Shown here in pieces: positions 27,243-37,014 of a DNA stretch of 64,000 nt. Position numbers and translations under genes: made by a program. The DNA is from a virus (lineage: Duplodnaviria; Caudoviricetes): IMG/VR virus record IMGVR_UViG_3300025655_000035, positions 72-64,071 of that record, one strand, 5' to 3'. The notes beneath the pieces were generated by a model, which saw only the letters and a program-made list of their open reading frames with translations, made no database searches and was not told the DNA's origin. The stretch's first letter is position 1, and each line of letters opens with the position of its first letter.

Positions 27243-28838
27243 TTATTGTGTCTTTTGATTGTAACCTATTAAAGACTTCATTCTGTCAAACTCCTCATTT
27301 AACTTCTTACCACCTTTAGGTTCAATTGACTCTAACTTAGTCATGATTTTACTACCTTCGTCCTCACCAGCGTTGTCGTTAATAACAGGTTGAGGGGCTT
27401 TATTGTAAGCCTTTCTTTTAATTTTAGCTAATAAATTATCTTTTCTAATTTTATTACGTTTTTTATTAACGTCTGATTTACCAGTGTTTGCCCAATCAGG
27501 GTTATTTCCTGTTTTAGACGACCCTTCAATGTTTGCTGTTACCCATTCTTCATTTGGGTTTATACCGTCATAATCTAAGTTTTCTAAACCAGCCGCAGTA
27601 AAGTTATCAATATAATCTTCAACAGCTCCTGATGGTATATATGCTTTCTTCTTCATTTTACCTAATTCACCATTACCTTTTGGGAAGATGTCAGGATTCA
27701 TATCATAATCACCCATAGAACCGTCTTTAAGATAGTCTTTCATTTTTTTAACAACAGATTTTAAATAGTCATCATTTTCTTTACCATCTTTAGCGTGAAC
27801 TTGTTTATATTTTTCAAGACCCTTAGGATTTCCCATTTTTATGTTATTTCTAACTTCTTTTTCTTCTTTTATGATTTTTTCAATTAAATCAATAATTTGT
27901 TCTTCACTTAATCTTAAGTTATTGTGTTTTTTAGATTCTTGTAAGTCTTTACACTTATCAGAATTCATGTTTAGATATAACTGAGCTTGTTTTTTATGTT
28001 TTTTACTTTTCATAGCTTTTTCAACACAATCACAAGTTACTTTTCCATTACAAAAAGATTTTAATCCACCTTTTTTCATGTCAATATCTTGAATCCACTT
28101 TTTATCCGATTCTGTAACGTCATATTTTTTACCGTCAACTTGGAACTCGTCTTCACCACTAGCCTTTGCCTTAGCCAAAGCCCCTGTGAACGCGTTACCT
28201 TCTTTCTCTTCACGTTTTCTTAACATCTTAAAATCTTCAGAATCTATTCTACCATTACGATTTTTATCTAATTTTCTTTGACCACCATGAAGTTTTTCTG
28301 TTATTTCACGACTAAGTTTTTTATGGTACTTACAAGACTCTTCATTGTATTCATCGCTTTTACTATCACAAAATCTATTAACCCTATCTAATGGGTCACC
28401 ATCGTCGTCCGCACCTAAAAGTTCTAAATCAGTTTCATCTTCAGTATTATCTTCTTCAACATAATCAAATGATGACCCTGGATTTTCTAAATCACCAACC
28501 ATATCTGATTCGTACATATTACCACATTCACAAGTTTCACCTTCTTCGTACACTTCACCTTCCATAGCCATTGGTTTCCCACATTGTTCACATGTTTCAC
28601 CTTCTTCTAATTGGGTCCAATCAGTTTCAATTTCAATATCACTATCATCTAATAAATCAGAACTCATTAATGCTTCAATTTCTTCATCACTCATTTTAGC
28701 AACACTTCTACGATGACCACGTTCTTTATGTTCCATATCTTTAATACGTTTAGCTAAGTTGTCGGCTTTTTCTTCAATAGTCTCATTGATAACCTTACCG
28801 ATTAAATTATCTATATAAGTCTGATTCAATTTTTTCAT
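27243..28838 (-). CDS. acidic putative prohead core/internal protein
   Basis: Repeated I/L-x-E motifs; EF-hand-like LDKNRNGRIDSEDF; EGNAFTGALAKA; C-terminal LNEEFDRMKSLIGY; TATTTATA at 28852-28859. Confidence 0.6.
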   Translation of the reverse strand: MKKLNQTYIDNLIGKVINETIEEKADNLAKRIKDMEHKERGHRRSVAKMSDEEIEALMSSDLLDDSDIEIETDWTQLEEGETCEQCGKPMAMEGEVYEEGETCECGNMYESDMVGDLENPGSSFDYVEEDNTEDETDLELLGADDDGDPLDRVNRFCDSKSDEYNEESCKYHKKLSREITEKLHGGQRKLDKNRNGRIDSEDFKMLRKREEKEGNAFTGALAKAKASGEDEFQVDGKKYDVTESDKKWIQDIDMKKGGLKSFCNGKVTCDCVEKAMKSKKHKKQAQLYLNMNSDKCKDLQESKKHNNLRLSEEQIIDLIEKIIKEEKEVRNNIKMGNPKGLEKYKQVHAKDGKENDDYLKSVVKKMKDYLKDGSMGDYDMNPDIFPKGNGELGKMKKKAYIPSGAVEDYIDNFTAAGLENLDYDGINPNEEWVTANIEGSSKTGNNPDWANTGKSDVNKKRNKIRKDNLLAKIKRKAYNKAPQPVINDNAGEDEGSKIMTKLESIEPKGGKKLNEEFDRMKSLIGYNQKTQ

Positions 28839-28874
28839 TTTGATTTTTATTTATAAATATCCAAATATTTCAGT

Positions 28875-29957
28875 TTATTTATTGTTTTTAATTTTTTCAT
28901 ATTCATAAGACAGAATTGTTTTAATAACATTTTCGCTTATGTTATGTTCCTTACTTACCTTGGTTATAACTTTTCTGACTGTTTCGTTTTCAAATATTTT
29001 TAATGATTTAATATCTCCCTGATTACAATATGGAAATTTTTTACACTTTTTCTTAACTTGGACGAATTTGCCGCCAGGTATTAAAGGTTTTGACGCACCT
29101 CTCCAATCTTTTTTATTTGTTGATTTGGCCCACATTTTGGGTGTTGAGTATTGCCCTGAAGATGATGAAGTTGTCGCTTCTTTAGTTTCAACTTTTTTTA
29201 ACTTATCATAGTAATTTGGGGTTTCTGATAGATGGTCCATGGCAATTTCTTTAGCCTTACTTCTACTTTTGGTGTGTTCCATTTCAGTTTTAATACCTTT
29301 AGTTAATTGTTTTTTTAATTGTAAAATCATTTTATCAACTTTTTCTCTTCTAGTTGACTCATTTTTTTCTTTACCAACATGTTTTTTAGCAATATCCTCA
29401 ATAGATAGGTTGTCCGCTTTACCACCTTTTAAAGATTCCTCATAAACAAACCCACCTTTAACTTTTTTCTTTGGTTGTTCATCTTTAAACATACTATCCA
29501 TTCTTTTTGGTTCTGAGAATAAAGGTGATTCAAATCCACCAGCAGCACCTGAGCCAGTCGCTTCTTTAGGTTCTGTTTTTTTCTTTTTACCCTGACAATG
29601 AGCTTTTTGACTAAATCCTTTTGGATTGTTACAATCAATACTATTTTTATATTTTTCACTCCATTTTTCATTGGTCTCCTCGTTTTCACCCATTATAGGC
29701 CTCATCATAGTGATTTTACCTATAGGTTTTTTCATATTTTTTTTACCAATCAATTTGTCAGTTTTCATTTTTTTAAAAGGTTTTCTAATTATTTGTTCAT
29801 TATCTTCCTCTTCATTTGTTGAGGATATGGCTCTAACCATGTCGTTTGCCGCCATTACCGCGTCAGAACCTCTACTTAACGCACCACTATTACTCATTTC
29901 ATTAGAGAATGCATTTTTTATTTTGTCTGACATATTATTTTCAATTAATTTACGCAT
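28875..29957 (-). CDS. modular putative virion-internal protein with DUF5661-like module
   Basis: KWSEKYKNSIDCNNPKGFSQKAHC module; GIKTEMEHT...AKEIAMDHLSETPNYYDKL module; KEAT(G/T)S junctions. Confidence 0.6.
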   Translation of the reverse strand: MRKLIENNMSDKIKNAFSNEMSNSGALSRGSDAVMAANDMVRAISSTNEEEDNEQIIRKPFKKMKTDKLIGKKNMKKPIGKITMMRPIMGENEETNEKWSEKYKNSIDCNNPKGFSQKAHCQGKKKKTEPKEATGSGAAGGFESPLFSEPKRMDSMFKDEQPKKKVKGGFVYEESLKGGKADNLSIEDIAKKHVGKEKNESTRREKVDKMILQLKKQLTKGIKTEMEHTKSRSKAKEIAMDHLSETPNYYDKLKKVETKEATTSSSSGQYSTPKMWAKSTNKKDWRGASKPLIPGGKFVQVKKKCKKFPYCNQGDIKSLKIFENETVRKVITKVSKEHNISENVIKTILSYEYEKIKNNK

Positions 29958-30195
29958 TTTTCAATCTTGGTTCCCAATAACTTCTTTGAGTCCACATAAA
30001 ATTATAAAACTCTCGGAAAACTTTTATGGTTATGTCTTTAATATCACCATTTAATTTACCTCTCTTTATTTCTTGAGCGATTAATTCCACCATTTTTTGT
30101 TCGTGTTGTCTCATAGTTTGTGAGCCAAGGAAATCTTTGATTTCTTTTCTAACAATAGTTTCAATCTGTCTTTTATCAGTATCTGTTAAGGCCAT
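29950..30195 (-). CDS. hypothetical protein
   Basis: 81-aa ORF overlapping neighbours in operon. Confidence 0.65.
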   Translation of the reverse strand: MALTDTDKRQIETIVRKEIKDFLGSQTMRQHEQKMVELIAQEIKRGKLNGDIKDITIKVFREFYNFMWTQRSYWEPRLKNA

Positions 30196-30614
30196 GTTAT
30201 GATTAATATTGTTGTTGATATTATTCCAATAAAAGAACCTATTTTATATAAAAAATTTTCAGTTTTCTTTTTCTTCAGTTCTTTGGATAGGCTTTCTGTT
30301 AATTCTTTAGAAATTTCTAATTGTTCATTTTTCATTAAAATGATACTTTGGCTGTTACTATCTTTCATAGTTAGTAATTGAATGATACTATCTTTTTCAG
30401 ACTCTCTTTCTTTTAATAGTTCTACTTTATCTTGAGTTAACTTTAATTCTTCCTCGCACCCATCCAACCTAATTAAATCTTTAACGACTTGTTTGGCAAC
30501 ATCTTGACTTAAAACCACTTTTGTGGTATCAGTTTTAATTCTTACCGTATCTGTTTGCGAAAAACAATTCAAGCTCGTTAAGGCCAAAATTGTTAACATT
30601 ATTAATTTTTTCAT
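30186..30614 (-). CDS. secreted coiled-coil protein with C-terminal TM (spanin-like candidate)
   Basis: Signal peptide, coiled coil and C-terminal hydrophobic helix; overlaps upstream TM/coiled-coil gene. Confidence 0.5.
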   Translation of the reverse strand: MKKLIMLTILALTSLNCFSQTDTVRIKTDTTKVVLSQDVAKQVVKDLIRLDGCEEELKLTQDKVELLKERESEKDSIIQLLTMKDSNSQSIILMKNEQLEISKELTESLSKELKKKKTENFLYKIGSFIGIISTTILIITWP

Positions 30615-30876
30615 TTGTATTATTTTTAACTATTGTTATTGTTTTATCAACTTTTTCAATTTTATTAGTTATATAATTAACCTCAGCGTTTACACTATCA
30701 ATTTTTTTATAGATTCTAGTATTAATTTTATCTAATGAGTCAATTTCAATCTGAACTTTTTTTATTTTACTTTCATAATTTTTAACATTTGTGTTAACTG
30801 AATTTAAATTAAATAAATTAACTATTAATAAAATTGTAACGATTAGTAATAATATAAACTCTTTAGTTATTTTCAT
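30535..30876 (-). CDS. N-terminal TM plus coiled-coil protein (i-spanin-like candidate)
   Basis: Single N-terminal TM then heptad repeats; near the amidase-like gene. Confidence 0.5.
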   Translation of the reverse strand: MKITKEFILLLIVTILLIVNLFNLNSVNTNVKNYESKIKKVQIEIDSLDKINTRIYKKIDSVNAEVNYITNKIEKVDKTITIVKNNTNEKINNVNNFGLNELELFFANRYGKN

Positions 30877-30881
30877 AATAA

Positions 30882-31487
30882 TTAATCTTCAACATTTTTA
30901 GTTTTTTTGCGTGATGCTAAAATTTTAGCCCATTTTGATTTAAACTTTTCATAATAACTTTTAAGTTTTTCAACCATTTCTAAAAACTTTTCATCAGTTT
31001 TAATCATATCACCATTAATGTAGATACCATTGTCTTCACCAATAGAGTAAAAGAATTCAACATCAAAATCTATTATTTTACCTGACCACTCAACATTATT
31101 TGGGTATACATTTAAATTATTAAAGTCCACTAAATCAGAAACTTCCTCAACAAACTCATCCATCGTCTCCTGAAACGCTAATTTTTCATCAGTGGTTAAC
31201 TCTAATTCTGTTTGGTCTTTACCATGTAAGACTAAAACCCCACCAGATATTCTATAACCTTGTTTTTTATCATCATTTGATTCTGTTTCATCCTCAATAG
31301 TGTCTTCAACAGATTTAGTTATGTTAACTTTTTTTGTTACATTATCATTAGTTAAATCAACACCTTGCTCAATCAATAAACCATATTGACTTTTAATGTT
31401 CCTATAATCTTCAGCCATAACTGAACTAGTTAACATTTTTCTAGATGCACTTAACAATTTTTTAATTTCATCATGTGAGTTGTTCAT
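30882..31487 (-). CDS. hypothetical acidic protein
   Basis: 201-aa ORF. Confidence 0.7.
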   Translation of the reverse strand: MNNSHDEIKKLLSASRKMLTSSVMAEDYRNIKSQYGLLIEQGVDLTNDNVTKKVNITKSVEDTIEDETESNDDKKQGYRISGGVLVLHGKDQTELELTTDEKLAFQETMDEFVEEVSDLVDFNNLNVYPNNVEWSGKIIDFDVEFFYSIGEDNGIYINGDMIKTDEKFLEMVEKLKSYYEKFKSKWAKILASRKKTKNVED

Positions 31488-32076
31488 CTTCTATATTTTT
31501 TAAAAATTCATTAAAGTTAAATGATGGATTAACATCAGTAAAAATTGTATCAAAATTACTTCTACTAACCACACCTTCATATTTTTCTATTCCATTTATT
31601 TTAGTATTATGTCTGATTAACTGTGGTTTTATTTTAGTCTCCTCAAACAACATTAAACATAATTCTTCGGTTTTTTTAACCTGAATTTCTGTATAAGGTT
31701 GCCAAAAGTAATACTCACGCCACTTTTTTTCAAACACTTTACCTTTATAAATATCACCAATCCAGTTAACGTAATAATCTTTTAGTGGTTCTTTTTGTAA
31801 CCAACCTAAATTTTCTAAAGCAATTATAATGGAGTTCCTATTAATATTAGGTTCTTTAAAGTAATTTGTGTGTTCTGTGTTACCTAATAGTTGTAACACT
31901 AACCCATCTCTAGTAACCAAATAATTAGGTATTTTATTATATTCCCCATTATACCTGTATTTTAATGATGCGAGATATTGTAATTTTTCTCTTGAGGTGT
32001 GGGTTAATATAATTTGATTTTTTTTCTTTTGCTTACCTGATGGTTTAAATTCTCCGTATTTTACAATGTCAACCAT
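31471..32076 (-). CDS. N-acetylmuramoyl-L-alanine amidase (Amidase_2)-like protein, apparently degenerate
   Basis: IILTHT, NYLVTRDGLVLQL, NRNSIIIALEN and YTEIQV fold motifs; Zn/catalytic positions appear substituted. Confidence 0.7.
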   Translation of the reverse strand: MVDIVKYGEFKPSGKQKKKNQIILTHTSREKLQYLASLKYRYNGEYNKIPNYLVTRDGLVLQLLGNTEHTNYFKEPNINRNSIIIALENLGWLQKEPLKDYYVNWIGDIYKGKVFEKKWREYYFWQPYTEIQVKKTEELCLMLFEETKIKPQLIRHNTKINGIEKYEGVVSRSNFDTIFTDVNPSFNFNEFLKNIEDEQLT

Positions 32077-32106
32077 TAATTAATGGATATAGATTTTATC
32101 AGGTAA

Positions 32107-32853
32107 TTATGATTTTACATAACTCAATCTTTTAATACCGTCATCAGTTGTTGTAGTTGTGGTTGTTTCATAAACTGGTACCTCAACTATCTTTTCTACA
32201 GGTACCTCAACTATCTTTTCTATTTCAACAATTTTTTCTACAGGTACCTCAACTATTTTTTCTACAGGTACCTCAACTATCTTTTCTACAGGTACCTCAA
32301 CTATCTTTTCTACAGGTACCTCAACTATCTTTTCTACAGGTACCTCAACTATCTTTTCTACTTCAACAACACCATCATGTGTACTAACCTCATCGTTATC
32401 TTTATATTTTATAAAAAAATGTAATGAAGTTAATGATATTATAGGTAGTAAACCGCCTTCTAAAAACGCTAACCATCTTTTTAATGAGATAACATCATCA
32501 ATGTCTGAACCTAAATTTTCCCACACAGGGCCAGTTAGTTCTACCCAAGATTTAAATAATTCACCATTAGAATCAATTTCTTTAAAAGAATAAAATATGT
32601 TACCAATCATTTGAATGAATGTAACTAAACCGAACATGAACCATACTCCACCTTTAATTCTATTAGTCGCCGCTACAAGTGCGGTCATTGCTCCAACTTC
32701 AATTGCTATAGATAGATATATAGCCCAAGTTATTGGGTTAGCAATATCATACCAAGAAACTACGTGTGATATTGAGATACCCGCGACCAATAATATGGGT
32801 ACCAAAAACATAGCTCTGTTTGGATTATTTTTTATCCAATTTAGAGTCTTCAT
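32107..32853 (-). CDS. multi-TM membrane protein with (VEVPVEKI)n tail
   Basis: Four hydrophobic segments followed by about 8 EKIVEVPV repeats. Confidence 0.75.
   Translation of the reverse strand: MKTLNWIKNNPNRAMFLVPILLVAGISISHVVSWYDIANPITWAIYLSIAIEVGAMTALVAATNRIKGGVWFMFGLVTFIQMIGNIFYSFKEIDSNGELFKSWVELTGPVWENLGSDIDDVISLKRWLAFLEGGLLPIISLTSLHFFIKYKDNDEVSTHDGVVEVEKIVEVPVEKIVEVPVEKIVEVPVEKIVEVPVEKIVEVPVEKIVEIEKIVEVPVEKIVEVPVYETTTTTTTDDGIKRLSYVKS
32177..32367. repeat. 24-bp coding tandem repeat (GGTACCTCAACTATCTTTTCTACA)
   Basis: About 7 near-identical copies plus one 18-bp variant, no spacers; encodes VEKIVEVP. Confidence 0.9.
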
Positions 32854-33143
32854 TGTCTTTCAATGATAGAAATTTCCTTATCAATTTCAGATTGACGATT
32901 AACATCCATCATTTTTCTGTCAGTAGCCTGAATCATTCTTTTTTCCGACTTCAATCCTTCAATCTTAATTTCTTTTTTAATTTGAGTTTGTAATGAATCT
33001 ATCCTACTATTAGTAGATTCTATCTTGTCTTGAACTTTTTCTATTCTACTATTTGTAGAACAAGTTTTCAAGAAAATAATTAAAACTAAGAATGTCATAA
33101 TTCTAACACCCCAATTATCAATAAATTTTAAAAATGCTTCCAT
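32850..33143 (-). CDS. membrane-anchored coiled-coil protein
   Basis: TM ending LKTC, then coiled coil; ATGA coupling to the downstream gene. Confidence 0.65.
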   Translation of the reverse strand: MEAFLKFIDNWGVRIMTFLVLIIFLKTCSTNSRIEKVQDKIESTNSRIDSLQTQIKKEIKIEGLKSEKRMIQATDRKMMDVNRQSEIDKEISIIERQ

Positions 33144-33170
33144 AACTTTGTTTTTTTTTATATAAAAGTA

Positions 33171-33204
33171 AAAAACCTTCTATTATAATAAATAGAAGGT
33201 TTTT
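33171..33204. terminator. inverted repeat, probable bidirectional terminator
   Basis: AAAAACCTTCTATT-ATAATA-AATAGAAGGTTTTT after the sigma gene; contains TATTTATT on the minus strand. Confidence 0.7.
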
Positions 33205-33212
33205 GTATTTTG

Positions 33213-34013
33213 TTACATATACTCAAACAATATAGATGAGTCGTTCCTCAACTTTCTTAGAGCTTTTTCTTTAATTTGACGAACTCTTTCTTTAGTTAGA
33301 TTAAAATCACCGCCGATATCTTCTAGTGTCCTTGGTGTGCCACTTAATCCAAAATAATCTTCAATAATACATTTTTCACGTTCATCTAACGCCTCTAATA
33401 GATTAAATAGTTGTGACTTTAACATATCTTTGGAATTAAAGACCTCATCAGGCATTTCAGCGTCAGGGTTCTTAATAACATCAATTAAAGTATCACCATC
33501 TTCATTGATATTCATATCTAAGTCAATCATTGATGGTAAAATTAAAAATTTATCATCCAAAGTACCACCAGTATTTTCAACCTCTTTTTTAGCTCTATGT
33601 AGGTCCTGAACTACATTAACAGGTAGTCGAATAGTTCTAGCATTATCATTCAATGACTGCAAAATTGATTGTTTAACCCACCAAACCGCATAAGAAATAA
33701 ACCGAAGGTTTTTACCCCAATCAAAATTTTGAATTGCCTTCATTAACCCTAAATTACCCTCAGCAATCAAATCAGGAAAATCTAATCCTTGATTTTGATA
33801 TTGTTTTGCAACTGTAATAACAAATCTTAAGTTACCTTCTAAAATCTCTTTATTGATTTTATCTCGTTCAAACTGAGTTAAATTACCCGAATTAATCATT
33901 TTAGCCAATTCTTTCTCCCTTTCAGGTGTCATAACTTTAATTCTACGAATATCTTTAAGGTAGTGTTGAATCTCGTCTTGATTAATTGGAATTGTTGAGT
34001 TTTTTTCTTTCAT
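33213..34013 (-). CDS. RNA polymerase sigma-70 factor (RpoD-like, lacking region 1.1)
   Basis: NLRFVITVAKQYQNQG, DLIAEGNLGLMKA, RFISYAVWWVKQSI and TLEDIG..FNLTKERVRQIKEKALRKLR. Confidence 0.93.
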   Translation of the reverse strand: MKEKNSTIPINQDEIQHYLKDIRRIKVMTPEREKELAKMINSGNLTQFERDKINKEILEGNLRFVITVAKQYQNQGLDFPDLIAEGNLGLMKAIQNFDWGKNLRFISYAVWWVKQSILQSLNDNARTIRLPVNVVQDLHRAKKEVENTGGTLDDKFLILPSMIDLDMNINEDGDTLIDVIKNPDAEMPDEVFNSKDMLKSQLFNLLEALDEREKCIIEDYFGLSGTPRTLEDIGGDFNLTKERVRQIKEKALRKLRNDSSILFEYM

Positions 34014-34017
34014 ATAT

Positions 34018-34587
34018 TTAAATTGTTTTTGAGTACTTGTCTAAAATTTTCTTTTCTTGTTCGGTTAATGATTTAATTCCTTTGTCGCTAATTTTATCTA
34101 AAATATCGTCGACACTTGGTTCTATTGGTTTTTGTTTTAGTTTTTCTAATTCATCATCATCATCATCATCATCGTAATCCCCATCATTATATTTATCTTT
34201 CATACTTTGAAATAAATTTTTAGGTATTTCGGGTAGTTCGTCTAAAGTCATGTTTTGTGCCATAGTCTCAAGACCTGACATAGTTTCACTATTATTAACA
34301 TCAAATAAGTGTTCTAAAATACCTTTTGGTAATTTTACTGACATTTTGTCATCATTATATGGTAACAGGAAATAAATTAGATTTGTGTCACCAAATATAA
34401 TATCTAAAAATTCTTTAACTTCATTTAGTGTTTCTAAAGATTTGAATGTAAAAACTCCTGAAGTTTCACCATAATAGTATTTAACATTTTCAGAATTAGA
34501 AATGTAAGACAATTCTTCAGCAATGTTTTTTATAAAACTTGATTGGTCATTATGTTCCCCAAAAACAAAAAAAATATAACTATTCAT
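34018..34587 (-). CDS. hypothetical protein with C-terminal DUF6576-like helix pair
   Basis: VDDILDKISDKGIKSLTEQEKKIL preceded by a poly-Asp tract. Confidence 0.65.
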   Translation of the reverse strand: MNSYIFFVFGEHNDQSSFIKNIAEELSYISNSENVKYYYGETSGVFTFKSLETLNEVKEFLDIIFGDTNLIYFLLPYNDDKMSVKLPKGILEHLFDVNNSETMSGLETMAQNMTLDELPEIPKNLFQSMKDKYNDGDYDDDDDDDELEKLKQKPIEPSVDDILDKISDKGIKSLTEQEKKILDKYSKTI

Positions 34588-34610
34588 ACCCTATTTTTTT
34601 AATCTTAATA

Positions 34611-34641
34611 CAAAGATACAACTTTTTTCATAACTACCAAA
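34611..34641 (-). promoter_or_regulatory. complete Bacteroidota-type promoter (-33 TTTG, 19-nt spacer, -7 TATCTTTG)
   Basis: Both elements present; upstream of the operon containing the phage sigma factor. Confidence 0.75.
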
Positions 34642-34642
34642 A

Positions 34643-37012
34643 TTATTGTGAAACATAGCTAATGTTTTCGTCTTTTCTAATTTTGATTATATTATCTGCC
34701 CAGTTGTTTACCAATGGATTATGAGTAATAACGAAAATCTTTTCAAAATATTCTTTAATCTTAGTAAAGAATTCAGAAACCATTTCCAAGTTATCGTTTG
34801 AAATCTTACCGAACACCTCATCAAAAACGATAATGTTTGGTTTTGGTAAAGAACATATCTTACTCAACACCGCTCTCAACGCTAGTGATGCGATTGTTCT
34901 TTCGTAACCTGAACCTGACGACATTAACTTCTCAACCTGAGTGTTGTTATCAATCATTAGGAACTCAACTTCATTCTTTTCATTAATTCTAATCTCAAGT
35001 CTGAAATGTGAACTATCTTCAAGTAGTCGTTGTAACTCACTATTGATTAATGGCATCATTGTCTTCATGATTAATTTTGAAATACCGTTCTTACCATAAA
35101 TCTCCAAAAACACTTTGTAATACTTTTCTTTCTCAGCCTCCTCAGCAATTTTGATGATGAGGTTTTTGTTAGTTTCAATCTTTTCAGTTAGAGACTTAAT
35201 CTGATAAGTGTTGTTGTCAATATTTCGTTGGGTTTGGACTTTTTCTCTTTCGAGTTCTTCAAGTCTACTACCCGCCTTAATCAACATAGTATCAATCTTA
35301 TTGTTCTCAGCAATCTTGTCCTGAACCTCGTTATATCGTTCAAGTTTAACTTTCAATCCTTCAATCTTAAGGTCAATACTTTCAATACTAACTTCATACT
35401 TATCTTTGATAAGTTTGTTTTTTTCATACTCATCAAACTCTTTCTTAAGTTGTACGAAACTTTGTTCTTTGCGGGTTAAATCCTGCATTAACCCATCTTT
35501 TTGGGTTTTTTTCGTGATTAATCCATCAAGTTCCGCAATTTTGGCGTTGGTGATTGCCGCGTTCATTAACTCAATACCACAGTGTTCACATTTGATTCCA
35601 CCCTCAACAGACGACTTTAACGTATTAATTGCGGATATTTCCGTATCAATACGTATCACTTCTTTTAAAAGTACGTTAATCTCCTCCTTAACCTCATCGT
35701 GTTTGTCTTCGTGATAGAATGAAGATGGTTCAACAACTTTAACCTCGTTCAATTGAGAAACGACCTTTCTCTTATCTAAATCCAAACCATTGATGTCCTC
35801 TTGAAGTTTAGTTGGGGACAATAAACTAATCTCTCTATCAATGTTGTGCTTACCCTTCAGTAAGTTGTCACGATAGTCTTGACCCTTTGCGATTTTTTCA
35901 CCAGTCTCAATCAACGATTTTTTAAATTCCTCAATACCATTATTTAAGTCAACAATCTGACCTTTATATGTTTCAATATCGGTCTTTAATTGTTCACTAT
36001 TATATACGTTGGACATCATCGTCTTTGAGAACTCACTATAGATTTCCTTAGCGGCATCTTCCTTACGTTTCAAGAAGTCTAACCCCATGAAACGAGACAA
36101 TACCTGACCACGAGCCGTAGGTTTTGAGTCAATTAAGTCCTCAAGGTTGGTGGCGGTGGTTAGAATTGTCATTAAGAAGTCCTCTTTGGAACCAATAGAA
36201 GTTTTGATGAAAGCTTCGGTCTCACGTCTTTGTTCACCAGTGAAGTTTAAAAGACTACCGTCAGCTAATTTCTTAAAGAAGTCCAATTCAGTTTTTACAT
36301 TCCAATCACCACTCTTAGATTTCTTGCGTTCAATATTACGGACGATGATATACTCATCACCATCAATAATGATTTCGCCTTTAACCTTTACGTGATTTTT
36401 GTCTGTAAATCTGTTGAACACTTCTTCGGCTTTGGATGTCTTTGTTGTTTCATTAAAGAACAAAAACAATAAAAGGTCAACGCTCAGAACCGTCTTACCA
36501 CCAAAGTTAGGTGGATTCGATTCGACAACACTAATACCATCACACTTTTCAAAATCAATCTTTTGGTTCTCACCATAAGAAAGGAAGTTTGAAAACTCGA
36601 TATTCTTAATAAACCATCGTTTAAATGGAGTTGCCTCAGTCTGAGATAAGATTAGTTTATTATCAACAACAGAATTTAATTCAAGGATTTTATCTAAGTA
36701 CTCCTCTTTACCCTTAGTTTCCAAATATGATTTCACCAACTCAATTTGGTAGTTCTCATCCAAAATGTTGAATGATATATCTACGTTGTGGGTGGTGTCC
36801 TCACTGACTTTGGTCTTAGTGATAACATTTACATTTGTTGTTTGGTATTTTTTTTGGAAGTAGTGACGAACACTTTTAATCTTCTCTTGTGTGAAGTTTT
36901 CCGCACTATCTTCCCATACCACTTGTACGTAGGGATTTTCAAACTTAGTAATATCCAAATCTTTTATCATTATTTCGTAATTGTATTCTATTGGCGGATT
37001 AAACAAATCCAT
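34643..37012 (-). CDS. SbcC/Rad50/gp46-like recombination ATPase with N-terminal extension
   Basis: FSNFLSYG, variant Walker A NFGGKT, long coiled coil with CEHC hook, SGSGYE signature, IVFDEVFG Walker B, ITH. Confidence 0.9.
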   Translation of the reverse strand: MDLFNPPIEYNYEIMIKDLDITKFENPYVQVVWEDSAENFTQEKIKSVRHYFQKKYQTTNVNVITKTKVSEDTTHNVDISFNILDENYQIELVKSYLETKGKEEYLDKILELNSVVDNKLILSQTEATPFKRWFIKNIEFSNFLSYGENQKIDFEKCDGISVVESNPPNFGGKTVLSVDLLLFLFFNETTKTSKAEEVFNRFTDKNHVKVKGEIIIDGDEYIIVRNIERKKSKSGDWNVKTELDFFKKLADGSLLNFTGEQRRETEAFIKTSIGSKEDFLMTILTTATNLEDLIDSKPTARGQVLSRFMGLDFLKRKEDAAKEIYSEFSKTMMSNVYNSEQLKTDIETYKGQIVDLNNGIEEFKKSLIETGEKIAKGQDYRDNLLKGKHNIDREISLLSPTKLQEDINGLDLDKRKVVSQLNEVKVVEPSSFYHEDKHDEVKEEINVLLKEVIRIDTEISAINTLKSSVEGGIKCEHCGIELMNAAITNAKIAELDGLITKKTQKDGLMQDLTRKEQSFVQLKKEFDEYEKNKLIKDKYEVSIESIDLKIEGLKVKLERYNEVQDKIAENNKIDTMLIKAGSRLEELEREKVQTQRNIDNNTYQIKSLTEKIETNKNLIIKIAEEAEKEKYYKVFLEIYGKNGISKLIMKTMMPLINSELQRLLEDSSHFRLEIRINEKNEVEFLMIDNNTQVEKLMSSGSGYERTIASLALRAVLSKICSLPKPNIIVFDEVFGKISNDNLEMVSEFFTKIKEYFEKIFVITHNPLVNNWADNIIKIRKDENISYVSQ

Positions 37013-37014
37013 TA

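Noticed and set aside
32177-32367. 24-bp repeats as a CRISPR array
   Set aside because: Copies are head-to-tail with no spacers and lie in frame within a CDS encoding VEKIVEVP.
34150-34173. (TCA)n microsatellite as a phase-variation switch
   Set aside because: It is an in-frame triplet repeat encoding poly-Asp, so slippage would not shift the frame.
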